Shown here piece by piece: positions 47,274-57,985 of a DNA stretch of 64,000 nucleotides. Position 1 is the stretch's first letter. Every line of letters starts with the position of its first letter. The notes under the pieces are model-generated. The model saw only the letters and a list, made by a program, of their open reading frames with translations. It ran no database searches and was not told where the DNA came from. Made by a program: the position numbers and the translations under genes. This stretch comes from an uncultured Candidatus Sumerlaeota bacterium (lineage in GTDB: Bacteria > Sumerlaeota > Sumerlaeia > SLMS01): assembly GCA_964437365.1 (NCBI GenBank), contig CAYTGM010000013.1:22815-86814 (forward strand). Reading direction: 5' to 3'.

Positions 47274-48299
47274 ATGGCAGCAATTGCGATCGAAAAGCGC
47301 TATCTGAGCCTTGGACAGGAAAAGCTTTCTGTTTTTCCCATCGGACTGGGCACGGCGCTATTTGGATCAACTATCCCTGCAGATGATGCTTTTTCTATCA
47401 TGGACTGCTATATCGAGCAGGGGGGCAACTATATCGATACCGCCCATGTCTATGCGGACTGGATGCCCGAAGGCAAAGGAGCAAGTGAGAAAACCGTTGG
47501 GAGATGGCTGGCCCAGTCAGGGCTGCAAGATCAAGTGATCCTCGGAACGAAGGGTGGACACCCTCCCATCAATGATTTTTCGGTTTCGCGGATCAAACCA
47601 GAACTTATTAAGCAGGATCTGGAAGAAAGTCTGGAGCGATTGCAGGTTGATCATATTGATCTCTACTGGCTTCACCGCGATGATGCATCTGTCGGTGTTG
47701 ATGAACTGATAGATGCTTTAAATGATGCCATTGATGAAGGCAAGATCTCAGCGTTCGGCGGATCAAACTGGACAGGCCAACGTCTACACGAAGCAAATGT
47801 TTACGCTCACAAAAACGGGAAGGCTGGATTCATTGCAAGTCAGCCCGCATGGTCACTGGCATCCGCCAGACCCGAGGTACAGGGATCCATGGGAGGTTGT
47901 CTGTATATGACGAAAGACGAACTTGATTTTTATGAACAGAACAAACAGATGGTGGTGTTTGCATGGTCTGCTCAAGGTGGTGGTTTCTTCTCTCCCCGAC
48001 TGAACTGGTTTGATGAGGACAGGAGTGAAGAAATACCTGATCATTTAATTTCCACCTATAAGACGGAAGCGAATATGAAGAAGGTTAAGATACTCCAGAA
48101 GATGAGCGACACATCCGATCAGACCGTTGGCGAGCTTGCGCTGTCCTGGTTATTGAACCACCGGGTATCTCCGGTTGCCTTGATCGGCCCGAAATCCGTC
48201 GAGCAGCTGAGGAGCAGCCTGCGCTCCCTGGAGTATAATTGGGAAGGCGAGGATTGGCATCGTCTGGATTTGTTGCATTCAGATAAAGATTTTGGGTGA
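47274..48299 (+). CDS. Aldo/keto reductase
   Basis: IGLGT, GGNYIDTAHVY, TKGG, DHIDLYWLHRDD, GGSNW. Confidence 0.93.
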   Translation: MAAIAIEKRYLSLGQEKLSVFPIGLGTALFGSTIPADDAFSIMDCYIEQGGNYIDTAHVYADWMPEGKGASEKTVGRWLAQSGLQDQVILGTKGGHPPINDFSVSRIKPELIKQDLEESLERLQVDHIDLYWLHRDDASVGVDELIDALNDAIDEGKISAFGGSNWTGQRLHEANVYAHKNGKAGFIASQPAWSLASARPEVQGSMGGCLYMTKDELDFYEQNKQMVVFAWSAQGGGFFSPRLNWFDEDRSEEIPDHLISTYKTEANMKKVKILQKMSDTSDQTVGELALSWLLNHRVSPVALIGPKSVEQLRSSLRSLEYNWEGEDWHRLDLLHSDKDFG

Positions 48300-48393
48300 C
48301 ATCAAGCTTACTTAAAGGATAAAGGTTTATCTAAATACGGATAATTACCCCTCCAAATACATCATAAATCTCTCACACAAGAAGGATCTAAGC

Positions 48394-49788
48394 ATGGAAG
48401 ACAACAAGGAAATCAAACAGGAATCGGCTCAAAGCCACGACTTTTCGACGATCGAGGGCCTGAAAGAAAAGCTTTCCATGAGCCGAAGAACGTTTCTCGC
48501 CAACAGCATGATGGCAGGAGCGGCTCTTACAATGCCACGCTTCAGCGTCGGGCAAATGTCCTCGGCCAGTGATGAGATCCAGATCGGTCTCATCGGGGCA
48601 GGCAGCCAGGGTCGCGTTCTTATGAATGCTGTTTTGAAGATCCCCAACGTGCGCTTTAAAGCTGTTTGTGATATCTGGGAGTATTCGCAACTCTATGCTT
48701 CCAAGGTCCTTGAAAAATTTGATCAACCGGTCAACGTCTATGCACGCTATCAAGAGATGCTCGAGAAAGAAAATCTCGATGCGGTCCTGATTGCGACTCC
48801 TGACTGGCTCCATGCACCAATGACCGTTGATTGCTTGAAGGCTGGTATGGATGTCTATTGTGAGAAAGAGATGTCCAACACGGTTGAGGGCGCACAAAGT
48901 ATGGTCAAGGCAGCGCGCGAATCAGGGAAGCTTCTTCAGATCGGACACCAGCGCCGCTCAAACCCTCGCTATAAACATGCACTTAAGGTTATTACCAAAG
49001 ATAATCTTCTTGGAAGAATCACCACGATCAACGGTCAGTGGAACAGACCTGTTCAGCCATCAATAGGATGGCCCGAGAAATATACAATGGAAGACAGCTA
49101 CCTTCAACAGTTCGGCTACAAGAACATGGATCAGTTCAGAAACTGGCGATGGTACAAGAAGTATGCTGGCGGTCCCATCGTTGACCTTGGATCTCATCAG
49201 ATCGAAGTCTTCAACTGGTTTCTCGGAGCTAATCCAACATCAGTTATGGCGAGTGGTGGTATAGACTACTACGAAGATGGGCGTGAGTGGTACGATAATG
49301 TCATGACAATCTATAAGTATGATACAGATAAAGGTCCAGCGCGCGCTTTCTACCAGGTTCTAAACACAACCTCCTATGGCGGTTTTCATGAAACCTTCAT
49401 GGGCGACGAAGGCACCATGGTTATTTCGGAAGATAAATCGAAAGGCTATGTGTTCCGCGAAGCTCGTGCGAAACGTCGTGAATGGGAAGACCTTTCAGAG
49501 AAAGTTGATTCCATGGGTCGCGAAGCAATTGAACTCAAGATTGGCGAAACACGCCGTCAAACAGGTGAAGCATCTCCTGAAGTTCTTAAGGCTGAAGCAG
49601 ATCTGGAGAAACCGGAGCATCAGCCGCACCTTGAGAACTTCTTCGCAGCGATGCGTAAAGAAGAGGAGCTTAACTGCGACGCAGAAGTGGCTTACGAAAC
49701 TTGTGTAACGGTTCTCAAAGTAAATGAGGCCGTTAAATCCAAGTGCACCCTTGAGTTTGCTAAAGACGAGTTCCACGTTAAAGCCTGA
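48394..49788 (+). CDS. Gfo/Idh/MocA-family oxidoreductase with Tat signal
   Basis: SRRTFLA after a long n-region (alternative start ATG 48478); IGAGSQG, IATPDWLH, YCEKEM, DLGSHQ. Confidence 0.9.
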   Translation: MEDNKEIKQESAQSHDFSTIEGLKEKLSMSRRTFLANSMMAGAALTMPRFSVGQMSSASDEIQIGLIGAGSQGRVLMNAVLKIPNVRFKAVCDIWEYSQLYASKVLEKFDQPVNVYARYQEMLEKENLDAVLIATPDWLHAPMTVDCLKAGMDVYCEKEMSNTVEGAQSMVKAARESGKLLQIGHQRRSNPRYKHALKVITKDNLLGRITTINGQWNRPVQPSIGWPEKYTMEDSYLQQFGYKNMDQFRNWRWYKKYAGGPIVDLGSHQIEVFNWFLGANPTSVMASGGIDYYEDGREWYDNVMTIYKYDTDKGPARAFYQVLNTTSYGGFHETFMGDEGTMVISEDKSKGYVFREARAKRREWEDLSEKVDSMGREAIELKIGETRRQTGEASPEVLKAEADLEKPEHQPHLENFFAAMRKEEELNCDAEVAYETCVTVLKVNEAVKSKCTLEFAKDEFHVKA

Positions 49789-49815
49789 TCGACTATATCT
49801 TAAGAAGAGCCCTCC

Positions 49816-51696
49816 ATGCGCCTGCCACCCTTTGACTGCCTTACTTCGCTGCTTGTGATTCTGACATCATGGACCTTTGTATCAGCAAGTGAGACCGGCG
49901 GGCGCCTGGAAACGGGTAGCCAAAGCACCTTTATACACGAAATTGGAATTTATGATTCAGAAGGTGCGATTATAGACCCCGCCTCTGATTCCCCTTCACC
50001 ATTTTCCACCGAACAAACATGTGGGAAGTGCCACGACTATAAAGCTATCTCATCAGGATGGCATTTTAACAGTCGAATGGAGGAGGTTGATCATGGTCGC
50101 CCCGGTGAACCGTGGGTTATCACTGATGAAAAGTCGGCGACACAAATTCCCGTCTCTTACAGGAACTGGCCCGGTCTCTGGCAGCCAAAAGATATCGGGC
50201 TCTCCGATTGGGAATTCCTCCAGACATTTGGTCGTCATATGCCTGGTGGCACATTCAAAGACTCAGGTACACACGACCCTGAGGAATTCAAGGAGCTCTG
50301 GGAAGGAGCTGGTACCTACCAGATTGACTGCATGTCTTGCCATTCACTGGATCGGACACAAAATCAGACTCTCAGACATGATCAAATTGAAAAACACAAT
50401 CTCCAGTATATATCCATCACTACGATGGGAATAGGATCTGTTGAAGGAGCTATCAAAGACGCCGACTCAGGAGGCGGGTTAGACGAGTCTGATCCTTTCG
50501 CAGCCTTTGATCCTGCGTTTGAAGAAACGGCAGCAGGACCTGCCGCGTTATCGATTACTTATGACATGAGCAAGTTTGATGAAAATGACCGAACTTTCTT
50601 TGATGTCTCGAGGAAAGGCAAAATTGATAACTGTTTTTTCTGCCACAGCAACAGAACAATGTCCAATGGCAGCGCCACTCCTGAGTGGCACAATGACCAG
50701 GACGTTCATATCTCAGCTGGTCTTTCCTGTACCGATTGCCACCGCAACGGGATCGATCATGATATTGCTCGGGGTTATCTATACAACAGTGAAGAGGTCT
50801 CCATTTCAGAACTTTCACTCTCCTGTCAGGGTTGCCATTATGGAGTAGAGGAAGAAGCTGTCCCTACCTCGAACGGAATGGCGGGCAGGCTAGGTTCTCC
50901 CCTGCCAGCACACGCCGGGATCCCACCTATACACTTTGATGAAATGTCGTGTACTTCATGCCACTCTGGCCCATATCCGAAGAATGATCTGAGCGTCGTC
51001 CAAACATCTTTGGGACATGCCCTGGGTCTTGCGAAGTTCGCTAATGAAAGGTCACAGCTTCCTTTTGTTCAATATCCAGTCTATGCGCGTGGCCACGACG
51101 GAAAGATCGCTCCCCATAAGATTCTCTGGCCAGCATTCTGGGCCAGAATAAATGACAACGGCGAATCACTCCCCATACTTCCCTCTGAGTTAGCTCCTCA
51201 TCTGCCAGAAGAAGAACTCGACTTTCAGGATTTTATTAAAGCTGGGCTGAAAAACCTTTCAGAGAAAGATAAGGAGACTGGCTTTGCCTATATCGCAGGT
51301 GGAATGAAGTATACACTCGAAGGTGAAAGTCTGATTTCATCAGAAGATCCTACAGCGGAACCTTATCTCTGGGCTTTTGCTCATGATGTGCGACCAGCCA
51401 GTCAATCAATCGGCGCCAAGAGCTGCCAGGAGTGCCATTCACCGGACTCTCCCTTCCTGTTTGCCAGCTTCAGTTCTCTTTCGCCACGAAGCGATGCTCT
51501 GACAATAACGCGCAAGATGACGGACCTGATGAAGATAGACGAATCGGAACAACTTCGATTCGCTGGTACCTTTGCCTACAGACCAGTCTTTAAGGTCTTC
51601 CTAATCGCGATGATCACTTTGCTCTTTATTCTTTTCATTATGATTGCGGGACTGCTGGGGCACCGTCTATTTGAAGGAGGTCGTCGTTCGGTATGA
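49816..51696 (+). CDS. Membrane-anchored multiheme cytochrome c (7 CxxCH)
   Basis: Signal peptide; CGKCH, CMSCH, CFFCH, CTDCH, CQGCH, CTSCH, CQECH; C-terminal TM helix. Confidence 0.9.
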   Translation: MRLPPFDCLTSLLVILTSWTFVSASETGGRLETGSQSTFIHEIGIYDSEGAIIDPASDSPSPFSTEQTCGKCHDYKAISSGWHFNSRMEEVDHGRPGEPWVITDEKSATQIPVSYRNWPGLWQPKDIGLSDWEFLQTFGRHMPGGTFKDSGTHDPEEFKELWEGAGTYQIDCMSCHSLDRTQNQTLRHDQIEKHNLQYISITTMGIGSVEGAIKDADSGGGLDESDPFAAFDPAFEETAAGPAALSITYDMSKFDENDRTFFDVSRKGKIDNCFFCHSNRTMSNGSATPEWHNDQDVHISAGLSCTDCHRNGIDHDIARGYLYNSEEVSISELSLSCQGCHYGVEEEAVPTSNGMAGRLGSPLPAHAGIPPIHFDEMSCTSCHSGPYPKNDLSVVQTSLGHALGLAKFANERSQLPFVQYPVYARGHDGKIAPHKILWPAFWARINDNGESLPILPSELAPHLPEEELDFQDFIKAGLKNLSEKDKETGFAYIAGGMKYTLEGESLISSEDPTAEPYLWAFAHDVRPASQSIGAKSCQECHSPDSPFLFASFSSLSPRSDALTITRKMTDLMKIDESEQLRFAGTFAYRPVFKVFLIAMITLLFILFIMIAGLLGHRLFEGGRRSV

Positions 51697-52277
51697 TTGG
51701 ACTTCTTCTTTCCCTTCTTGCAGGTATACTGGCACTTGTTCTCTCGGTGCTCTTGTTTAAAAAAACGAACAGGGATTTGTTGAACACGCTCGGAATTTGC
51801 CTCGTTGGCTTCTGCGGCGCTTTGATGATGATCTCCGGATGGACAGGGTGGTCTGCAGAAGCGCTATATGGATCTAAGATGGGACATTGGGACATTATGC
51901 TGCATATCCCTTCAGGTTCTGCGCTCCTGGCTTCTGCATTTATTCTGACTCTTACTCTCCTTGTCTATAACCGGCGGTGCCAGAGTCAGGTAGAAAAGAA
52001 CGGGCAACCGAGAGCTCTGAAGTCAACGGCTCTGATATCTCTAAGTCTGCTCCTACTCTTTCTTTCACTGGCCACTCTCAGCATTCTGCTTGCCATGTTT
52101 CCAATATTCGGAACTCAAGGTCAGAAGCTCCTGTTTGAATTGCATGCTTTATCTGCAATTGCATCCATCATCATGTTTTCCCTGCTGTGCATCGTATTGT
52201 TCAAGCAGGGGTTTAAGACGACCATGTCAAACACTCTCACTCAAAATAGTAATCTCACTGAAGGAGAAGTCTCGTGA
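51693..52277 (+). CDS. Polytopic membrane protein, possible cytochrome b-like partner
   Basis: About 5 hydrophobic segments; His in DIMLH and FELH; ATGA-coupled to the cytochrome gene. Confidence 0.7.
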   Translation: MIGLLLSLLAGILALVLSVLLFKKTNRDLLNTLGICLVGFCGALMMISGWTGWSAEALYGSKMGHWDIMLHIPSGSALLASAFILTLTLLVYNRRCQSQVEKNGQPRALKSTALISLSLLLLFLSLATLSILLAMFPIFGTQGQKLLFELHALSAIASIIMFSLLCIVLFKQGFKTTMSNTLTQNSNLTEGEVS

Positions 52278-52993
52278 AGAAGACTCTTATTACAACTGCA
52301 TTCATTTTCTCTGCACTATCCATTTCTTCTGTATATGCGCAGGAAGAAACGGCTTCGGAAGCAAAAAACTACGAAAAGCCTGCTGCACCTGAAGGCCAGA
52401 AGGAACTTGAGCTTGAGCTGCCACAACCTCTCTTTGTAGGCACACCGCAGAACATCATGTCCGACAACCTTGAAGAAGCGAATATCCAAAGAGACCCGGT
52501 ATATATTCCAGAGGAAGCAGAACTACTCTCAGTAGACACATGGGTAACATCCAGTGATTCTGCACCGATCATCGGCGAACTGGAAATGGTAACGGATGGA
52601 GACAAAGACGGCAATGAAGGAAGCTACGTTGAGCTTGGACCAGGGAAACAGTGGATCCAGATTGAGCTTGATGAACCAGCTGAAATCCATGCGATCGCTA
52701 TCTGGCATTTCCATAGTCAGGCAAGAGCTTACCAGGACGTTGTGGTGCAGATTGCCTCAGACCCCGATATCCTGGAAAATGTATCCGTCCCATTCAATAA
52801 TGATCATGATAACAGCCTTGGCCTCGGAATCGGCAAAGACAAGGAATGGATTGAAACTTATGAAGGACGCATGATCGACGTTGACGGAGTAAAGGGTCAG
52901 TATATTAGGCTCTACAGCGATGGAAGCACATCCAACCCAATGAACCACTATATTGAAGTTGAGATTTACGGTGTTCCAGCAACGGATGAATGA
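52274..52993 (+). CDS. Secreted discoidin/F5-8 type C-like domain protein
   Basis: Signal peptide; VTDGDK, QWIQIEL, GQYIRLY, IEVEIYG. Confidence 0.72.
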   Translation: MKKTLITTAFIFSALSISSVYAQEETASEAKNYEKPAAPEGQKELELELPQPLFVGTPQNIMSDNLEEANIQRDPVYIPEEAELLSVDTWVTSSDSAPIIGELEMVTDGDKDGNEGSYVELGPGKQWIQIELDEPAEIHAIAIWHFHSQARAYQDVVVQIASDPDILENVSVPFNNDHDNSLGLGIGKDKEWIETYEGRMIDVDGVKGQYIRLYSDGSTSNPMNHYIEVEIYGVPATDE

Positions 52994-54615
52994 CAGATAG
53001 ATTAGACAGCAAAAGAGATTTTGAAAGGTGGGCCTCTGTGGGGGCCCTTCTTTTCATTTTAATCCCTCTCGCTGTCTGGTTACGCCTTCCAGGCCTTTCG
53101 CAGCGCCCCATGCATACAGATGAGGCTGTTCAGGGGTGGAAGACAGTCGCACTCATCGAAGAGAACTCATACAAGTATGACCCAACGGAGCATCATGGCC
53201 CCCTTCTTTACTATTATACAGCATCTCTCTTAAAACTATCTGGAGCGAGTGATTCAACACAGCCACAAAAAGAACACCTCAGGCTGGCAATTCTCATTCC
53301 CTCAATACTTCTTGTTTTTCTTCCTTATCTTATTCCACGTGTAACGGGATATGCAGCCCTCATTTCATCAACAATGTTGGCCGTATCACCCATGATTGTA
53401 TTTTACTCGACTTACTATATCCAAGAAATTCTCTTTGTTCTCTTCAGCTGGCTTTTCGTAATCAGTCTATACCTGTTACTCCAGCCTTCAAGTTCAAGAA
53501 AGCAAATCTATGGAGGCCTTGTTTTCAGCTCTTTTATTCTGGGAGGAGTCATTTGTTTAAAGGAGACCTTTGTGTTACTCCTTCTATCAACAGTGTCTGT
53601 TGTTGCTTTACAACTCCTGCTTTTCAGCTCCCGTAGAAAACTTTATCAGAAGTTTATGCGACGCATAGGAATCGGTCTGCCAATCGTCTTCATGATCATT
53701 CCGTCCCTGCTCATGGTCTTTTTATTCTACAGTAGCTTTGGTAGCAATTTAGCCGGAATTTGGGATTTTATCACAAGCTGGACAACCTACCTTGAACGAG
53801 CGGGCGGGGCTGGAAGCGTAGCTGATCACACACAACCCTGGTGGTTCTATGTGCAAAGAACTTTGTATTTCAGTTCAGGCAATGGAATCAGCTGGTCTGA
53901 GTGGCCGGTCTATGTAATTCTGGCCAGTGGAAGTGTGTGGCTTATTCTCTCAAAACGAAAAGATCATAGAACGCTCTTTAACTCCCTGGGAATTCTAGGC
54001 ATATCCAGTTTACTGTTTCTTCTATACAGCTTGATCCCCTACAAAACTCCCTGGCTGACCTTAAATTTTCATGTGGGCTTTATTCTCTCGATTGCTGGAC
54101 TACTTTCTGTGAGCAGGATCTCGATTACTGCAAAGGGCGTCGTTACTCTCGCAGCTTGCGGAGCTCTGATCATCTTTCTTGTTCCATTAGCTCAACGCAC
54201 AAACGCGACATACTTCTCTACGGACCAGCGAAATCCCTGGGTCTATGCACACAGTGTTCCAGCAGTTGAGAAACTTTCGGATCGTATTCATTCCCTCTCA
54301 GCTTTTCAGAAACAGGTTTCCAACAACAATCAGGAACTGACTGTTATTGTCATTGCAGCTGATTACTGGCCACTCCCCTGGTACTTGCGAGACATTGAAC
54401 AAACGGGCTACTGGAATACGATGCTGGAAGATCTTCCTGTGTCGGAAATCATCGTCGCCTCTGCAGAGTATGAAGGCGACATCGAAGAACAACAGGGAAG
54501 AGAATACATCTCCTCTTTCTACGGTATTTTGCCTGAGAGACCAGTCCTCCTCATGGTGGAGAAGAAGCTTTGGCAATCCTGGCTGGACTCGCAATCCAGA
54601 GAAATGAAGAAGTGA
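52990..54615 (+). CDS. PMT-like (GT-C) membrane glycosyltransferase, TIGR03663/Agl23-like
   Basis: MHTDEAVQG, YKYDPTEHHGPLLYY, YYIQE, PYKTPW, DYWPLPWYLR; many TM helices. Confidence 0.75.
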   Translation: MTDRLDSKRDFERWASVGALLFILIPLAVWLRLPGLSQRPMHTDEAVQGWKTVALIEENSYKYDPTEHHGPLLYYYTASLLKLSGASDSTQPQKEHLRLAILIPSILLVFLPYLIPRVTGYAALISSTMLAVSPMIVFYSTYYIQEILFVLFSWLFVISLYLLLQPSSSRKQIYGGLVFSSFILGGVICLKETFVLLLLSTVSVVALQLLLFSSRRKLYQKFMRRIGIGLPIVFMIIPSLLMVFLFYSSFGSNLAGIWDFITSWTTYLERAGGAGSVADHTQPWWFYVQRTLYFSSGNGISWSEWPVYVILASGSVWLILSKRKDHRTLFNSLGILGISSLLFLLYSLIPYKTPWLTLNFHVGFILSIAGLLSVSRISITAKGVVTLAACGALIIFLVPLAQRTNATYFSTDQRNPWVYAHSVPAVEKLSDRIHSLSAFQKQVSNNNQELTVIVIAADYWPLPWYLRDIEQTGYWNTMLEDLPVSEIIVASAEYEGDIEEQQGREYISSFYGILPERPVLLMVEKKLWQSWLDSQSREMKK

Positions 54616-54618
54616 TCG

Positions 54619-55587
54619 ATGAGTGTGAATGCTCAAAATAGAGGCGAGGGATGGTATAGATATAGCCATCAGGCCATGGCCACAGAATTCACAATTCTTA
54701 TATCGCATGCCTCAAAGGACCACGCCAGACAAGCTGCAAGAGCAGCGTTTGAACTTCTGGATAAACTTGAATCCGAGATGAGTCGTTATCGATATGCAAG
54801 TGATATACGGCGACTCGAAAAAGCTCCAGAAGGTACATGGGTCACGGTAGGGCTTGATACTTGCCTGTGCGTGATGAAGGGTGTACTGGCCGGTGAAATC
54901 ACTTCTGACATTTTCAATATATGCGTTGGACCGCTCGTAGATTTCTGGAAAGAGACGGATCAACCTCTCAACGATCAACAGGCGATTCAGCTCCAGCAAG
55001 TTCGATTGCTCTGTCAGACCACGAACCTTTTAATAGATCCTGACCGGTCTCGACTATTGAAAAAAGTGGAGGGAGTAAAGATTGACCTGGGAGGTATTGG
55101 AAAAGGCCATGCGCTTGATCGCCTGGTAACATTCCTGAAAGAGGATTGGGGAATCGCGGATGGGATTCTTGATAGTGGCGACAGCTCTGTGCTTGTTTGG
55201 AACGACAACACAACAGTTCAAGCAGATCCCTGGTCTTTCTCCATGATTAACCCTCATGACGAGAGCAAGTTACTTGGCCGAATTCAACTCAGGCAAGGAT
55301 CCGTTAGCGGGTCTGGTACTTATAGAAAAGGGCAGCATATCATTGATCCAGAGACCGGCAAACCAGTCAGTCCAAAGTTCGCCTGCTGGGCATACGCACC
55401 TGAAGCTTCGTGGAGCGATGTTCTCTCGACGGCCGCGATGCTCTGTGATTCAACAGTTCTCGCGTCTGCTGTGCACGAATTGCCTGATACCGGAGTGTTG
55501 AGAATTCCTCTCGAGGAGATCGGAGAAGTGATGGACACAGACAAGATCGAAATCATCGGAAATTTCCCTGAGTTCAAGACCACCTGA
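54619..55587 (+). CDS. apbE: FAD:protein FMN transferase
   Basis: AMATEF, IDLGGIGKG, HIIDPETG, DVLSTA. Confidence 0.88.
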   Translation: MSVNAQNRGEGWYRYSHQAMATEFTILISHASKDHARQAARAAFELLDKLESEMSRYRYASDIRRLEKAPEGTWVTVGLDTCLCVMKGVLAGEITSDIFNICVGPLVDFWKETDQPLNDQQAIQLQQVRLLCQTTNLLIDPDRSRLLKKVEGVKIDLGGIGKGHALDRLVTFLKEDWGIADGILDSGDSSVLVWNDNTTVQADPWSFSMINPHDESKLLGRIQLRQGSVSGSGTYRKGQHIIDPETGKPVSPKFACWAYAPEASWSDVLSTAAMLCDSTVLASAVHELPDTGVLRIPLEEIGEVMDTDKIEIIGNFPEFKTT

Positions 55588-55797
55588 ATCTCAAATGATT
55601 CCCCTTTATAGCACCTTTCTTCAAATGCACCCAATTCGATTTGACGGACAATGCCCGTATACTTACTAGATAAATCAAGGTCTTTCAGGCATCATACTGG
55701 AGCACATCTGAGAGTCTTCTCCCAATTCTTCAGAATAAGAGCTCAGCTCCAAAGACCTCAATTGATCATATAATTTATTGTAACGGTAGAATAACAA

Positions 55798-56841
55798 ATG
55801 AATGTAAAACTGAAAGAGAAGCCGCATATACGTTTTAATGCTTTGTCCGGTGAATGGATTTTAGTCAGCCCCCACAGACTTAAGCGTCCATGGCAAGGAA
55901 AGCAGGAAGAAGTTCAGCCTGATACACGTCCTCAGTATGATCCCAAGTGTTATCTTTGTCCCGGCAATGAACGTTCCGGTGGCGAGCAAAACCCTAAGTA
56001 CGAAGAGACCTTCTGCTTTACTAATGACTTCGCCGCTCTTCTTCCCGAAGGAGATTCGGAAGAGATTGAGGAACACGAGCTTCTAAAAGCTCAGACTCTC
56101 AGTGGCATCTGCCGAGTCATCTGTTTCTCACCGCGTCACGACTTAACAATTCCTCGTCTATCGCGAGAAGAAATTGGAAGAGTGATTCAAACCTGGCAGA
56201 GTGAATTCAAAGAACTCTCTGCGCGGGATGATATCAGCTATGTGACGATCTTCGAAAACAAAGGGGCGATCATGGGCTGTAGTAATCCACATCCCCACGG
56301 TCAGATCTGGGCGACACAGATTGTTCCAATGGAGCCGATGAAAGAAGATGTCCAGCTTCGTAACCATTTCGAGAAGCACGGAAATACCCTTCTGGAAGAT
56401 TATATAGCTGTTGAGAAAGAAAAGAACGAGCGTATAGTTGTTGAGAATGAGACCTGGATTGCCCTCGTTCCTTACTGGGCCAAATGGCCGTATGAGACGA
56501 TTGTCATTCCTAAGAGCCCGAAGAAAAATGTACTGGAACTCTCAGAACAGGAAGAAACCGATCTGGCAGATATTCTGAAAGTCCTGACAACAAAGTACGA
56601 CAATCTATTTACCTGCTCCTTCCCTTACACGATGGGATTCCATCAGGCACCGTGTGATGGGGAAGAATATCCTCACTGGCATATGCACCTTCATTTCTAT
56701 CCACCACTTCTAAGATCTGCAACAGTACAGAAATTCATGGTTGGCTTTGAAATGCTGGCCTGCCCTCAGCGTGATATCACAGCAGAGATGGCTGCTGACA
56801 CCATCAAGAATCTATCTGATACCCATTACCTGGAGAAATAA
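55798..56841 (+). CDS. galT: Galactose-1-phosphate uridylyltransferase
   Basis: [33 protein letters not shown]. Confidence 0.96.
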   Translation: MNVKLKEKPHIRFNALSGEWILVSPHRLKRPWQGKQEEVQPDTRPQYDPKCYLCPGNERSGGEQNPKYEETFCFTNDFAALLPEGDSEEIEEHELLKAQTLSGICRVICFSPRHDLTIPRLSREEIGRVIQTWQSEFKELSARDDISYVTIFENKGAIMGCSNPHPHGQIWATQIVPMEPMKEDVQLRNHFEKHGNTLLEDYIAVEKEKNERIVVENETWIALVPYWAKWPYETIVIPKSPKKNVLELSEQEETDLADILKVLTTKYDNLFTCSFPYTMGFHQAPCDGEEYPHWHMHLHFYPPLLRSATVQKFMVGFEMLACPQRDITAEMAADTIKNLSDTHYLEK

Positions 56842-56845
56842 GAGC

Positions 56846-57985
56846 GTGCAAGATATCGTATTAAATGCCTATAGAGATAAATATGCGATCGACCCATCAT
56901 TCGTTTCAAGAGGGCCGGGACGCGTAAATCTTATCGGAGAGCACACTGACTATAACGATGGGTTTGTGTTTCCGATGGCGATAGAGAGGGCTTCATGGAT
57001 TGCCTTCACGCCTCGAGAAGACTCTATCGTTGAAATCACATCTCTCCTTCACAAGCAAACCATTTCGATCGATCTTGAAAATCTGGAAAAAGAAAATGGT
57101 TGGGGCGAGTATATAAAGGGAGTCGCCTTTGCTCTGAAGCAACGTGGCTACGCGCTCAAAGGTTTTAATGGAATTGTGACAGGAAATGTGCCTCTCGGAT
57201 CTGGCCTTTCTTCATCGGCCGCTTTTGAATTGGCTCTCGCTCATGTCTTTGCGGTTTCCTCCAATCTTTCTATAGACGGTAAAGAGATGGCACTTATTGG
57301 GCAGGAAGCGGAGAACAACTGGGTAGGAGTGAGTTGTGGCATCATGGACCAACTCGTCTCTTCGCTTGGTGAAGAAGGTAAGGCGATCCTCCTTGATTGT
57401 CGTTCTTTAGAATGTAAATCTGCTCCCCTGCCAGACAATGTCAGAGTCGTCATCCTTGATACGATGACCCGTCGCGAGCTTCATAACTCTGCCTATAACG
57501 AAAGACGTTCAGAATGTGAAGAAGGGGCAAAGACTCTTGGCTATAAGGCACTCCGTGACGTTCCCGAGTCAGAGATTTCAACATTGGAAGAAAAGCTATC
57601 AGGCAATGTTCTCAAGCGAGCTCGCCACGTCATTACAGAATGCTATCGAACTTTGAAAGCTGCAGAGGTTTTGAATCAAGGTGATGCGAAAGCCTTTGGC
57701 GAACTCATGGACGAAAGCCATGAAAGCCTTCGTGATGATTTCGAGGTTTCATCTGAGGCTCTGAATACCATTGTTGAGATTGCGCGAAGTCAGACCGGTT
57801 GTCTTGGAGCACGAATGACCGGTGCTGGCTTTGGTGGATGCGCGGTTGCTCTTGTCGAGGCAAAGAATGTAGATACATTCATCGAAGGCGTTAAGTCGTA
57901 TTATAAATCAAAGACTGATCTGGATGCAGACATCTTCAGTTCGACTCCTGCGGCTGGTGCAGGCATCATCTGGACGAAAGGCTAA
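56846..57985 (+). CDS. galK: Galactokinase
   Basis: PGRVNLIGEHTDYNDG, PLGSGLSSSAA, GARMTGAGFGG. Start GTG 56846 follows the galT stop. Confidence 0.95.
   Translation: MQDIVLNAYRDKYAIDPSFVSRGPGRVNLIGEHTDYNDGFVFPMAIERASWIAFTPREDSIVEITSLLHKQTISIDLENLEKENGWGEYIKGVAFALKQRGYALKGFNGIVTGNVPLGSGLSSSAAFELALAHVFAVSSNLSIDGKEMALIGQEAENNWVGVSCGIMDQLVSSLGEEGKAILLDCRSLECKSAPLPDNVRVVILDTMTRRELHNSAYNERRSECEEGAKTLGYKALRDVPESEISTLEEKLSGNVLKRARHVITECYRTLKAAEVLNQGDAKAFGELMDESHESLRDDFEVSSEALNTIVEIARSQTGCLGARMTGAGFGGCAVALVEAKNVDTFIEGVKSYYKSKTDLDADIFSSTPAAGAGIIWTKG

Noticed and set aside
53230-53260. SGAS in the PMT-like protein as the ApbE flavinylation site
   Set aside because: Lacks the upstream Asp of D-x-x-[ST]-G-A-[ST]; a four-residue match is expected by chance.
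55641-55663. TTGACG...TATACT as the galTK promoter
   Set aside because: Spacing is 11 nt, incompatible with a sigma70 promoter.
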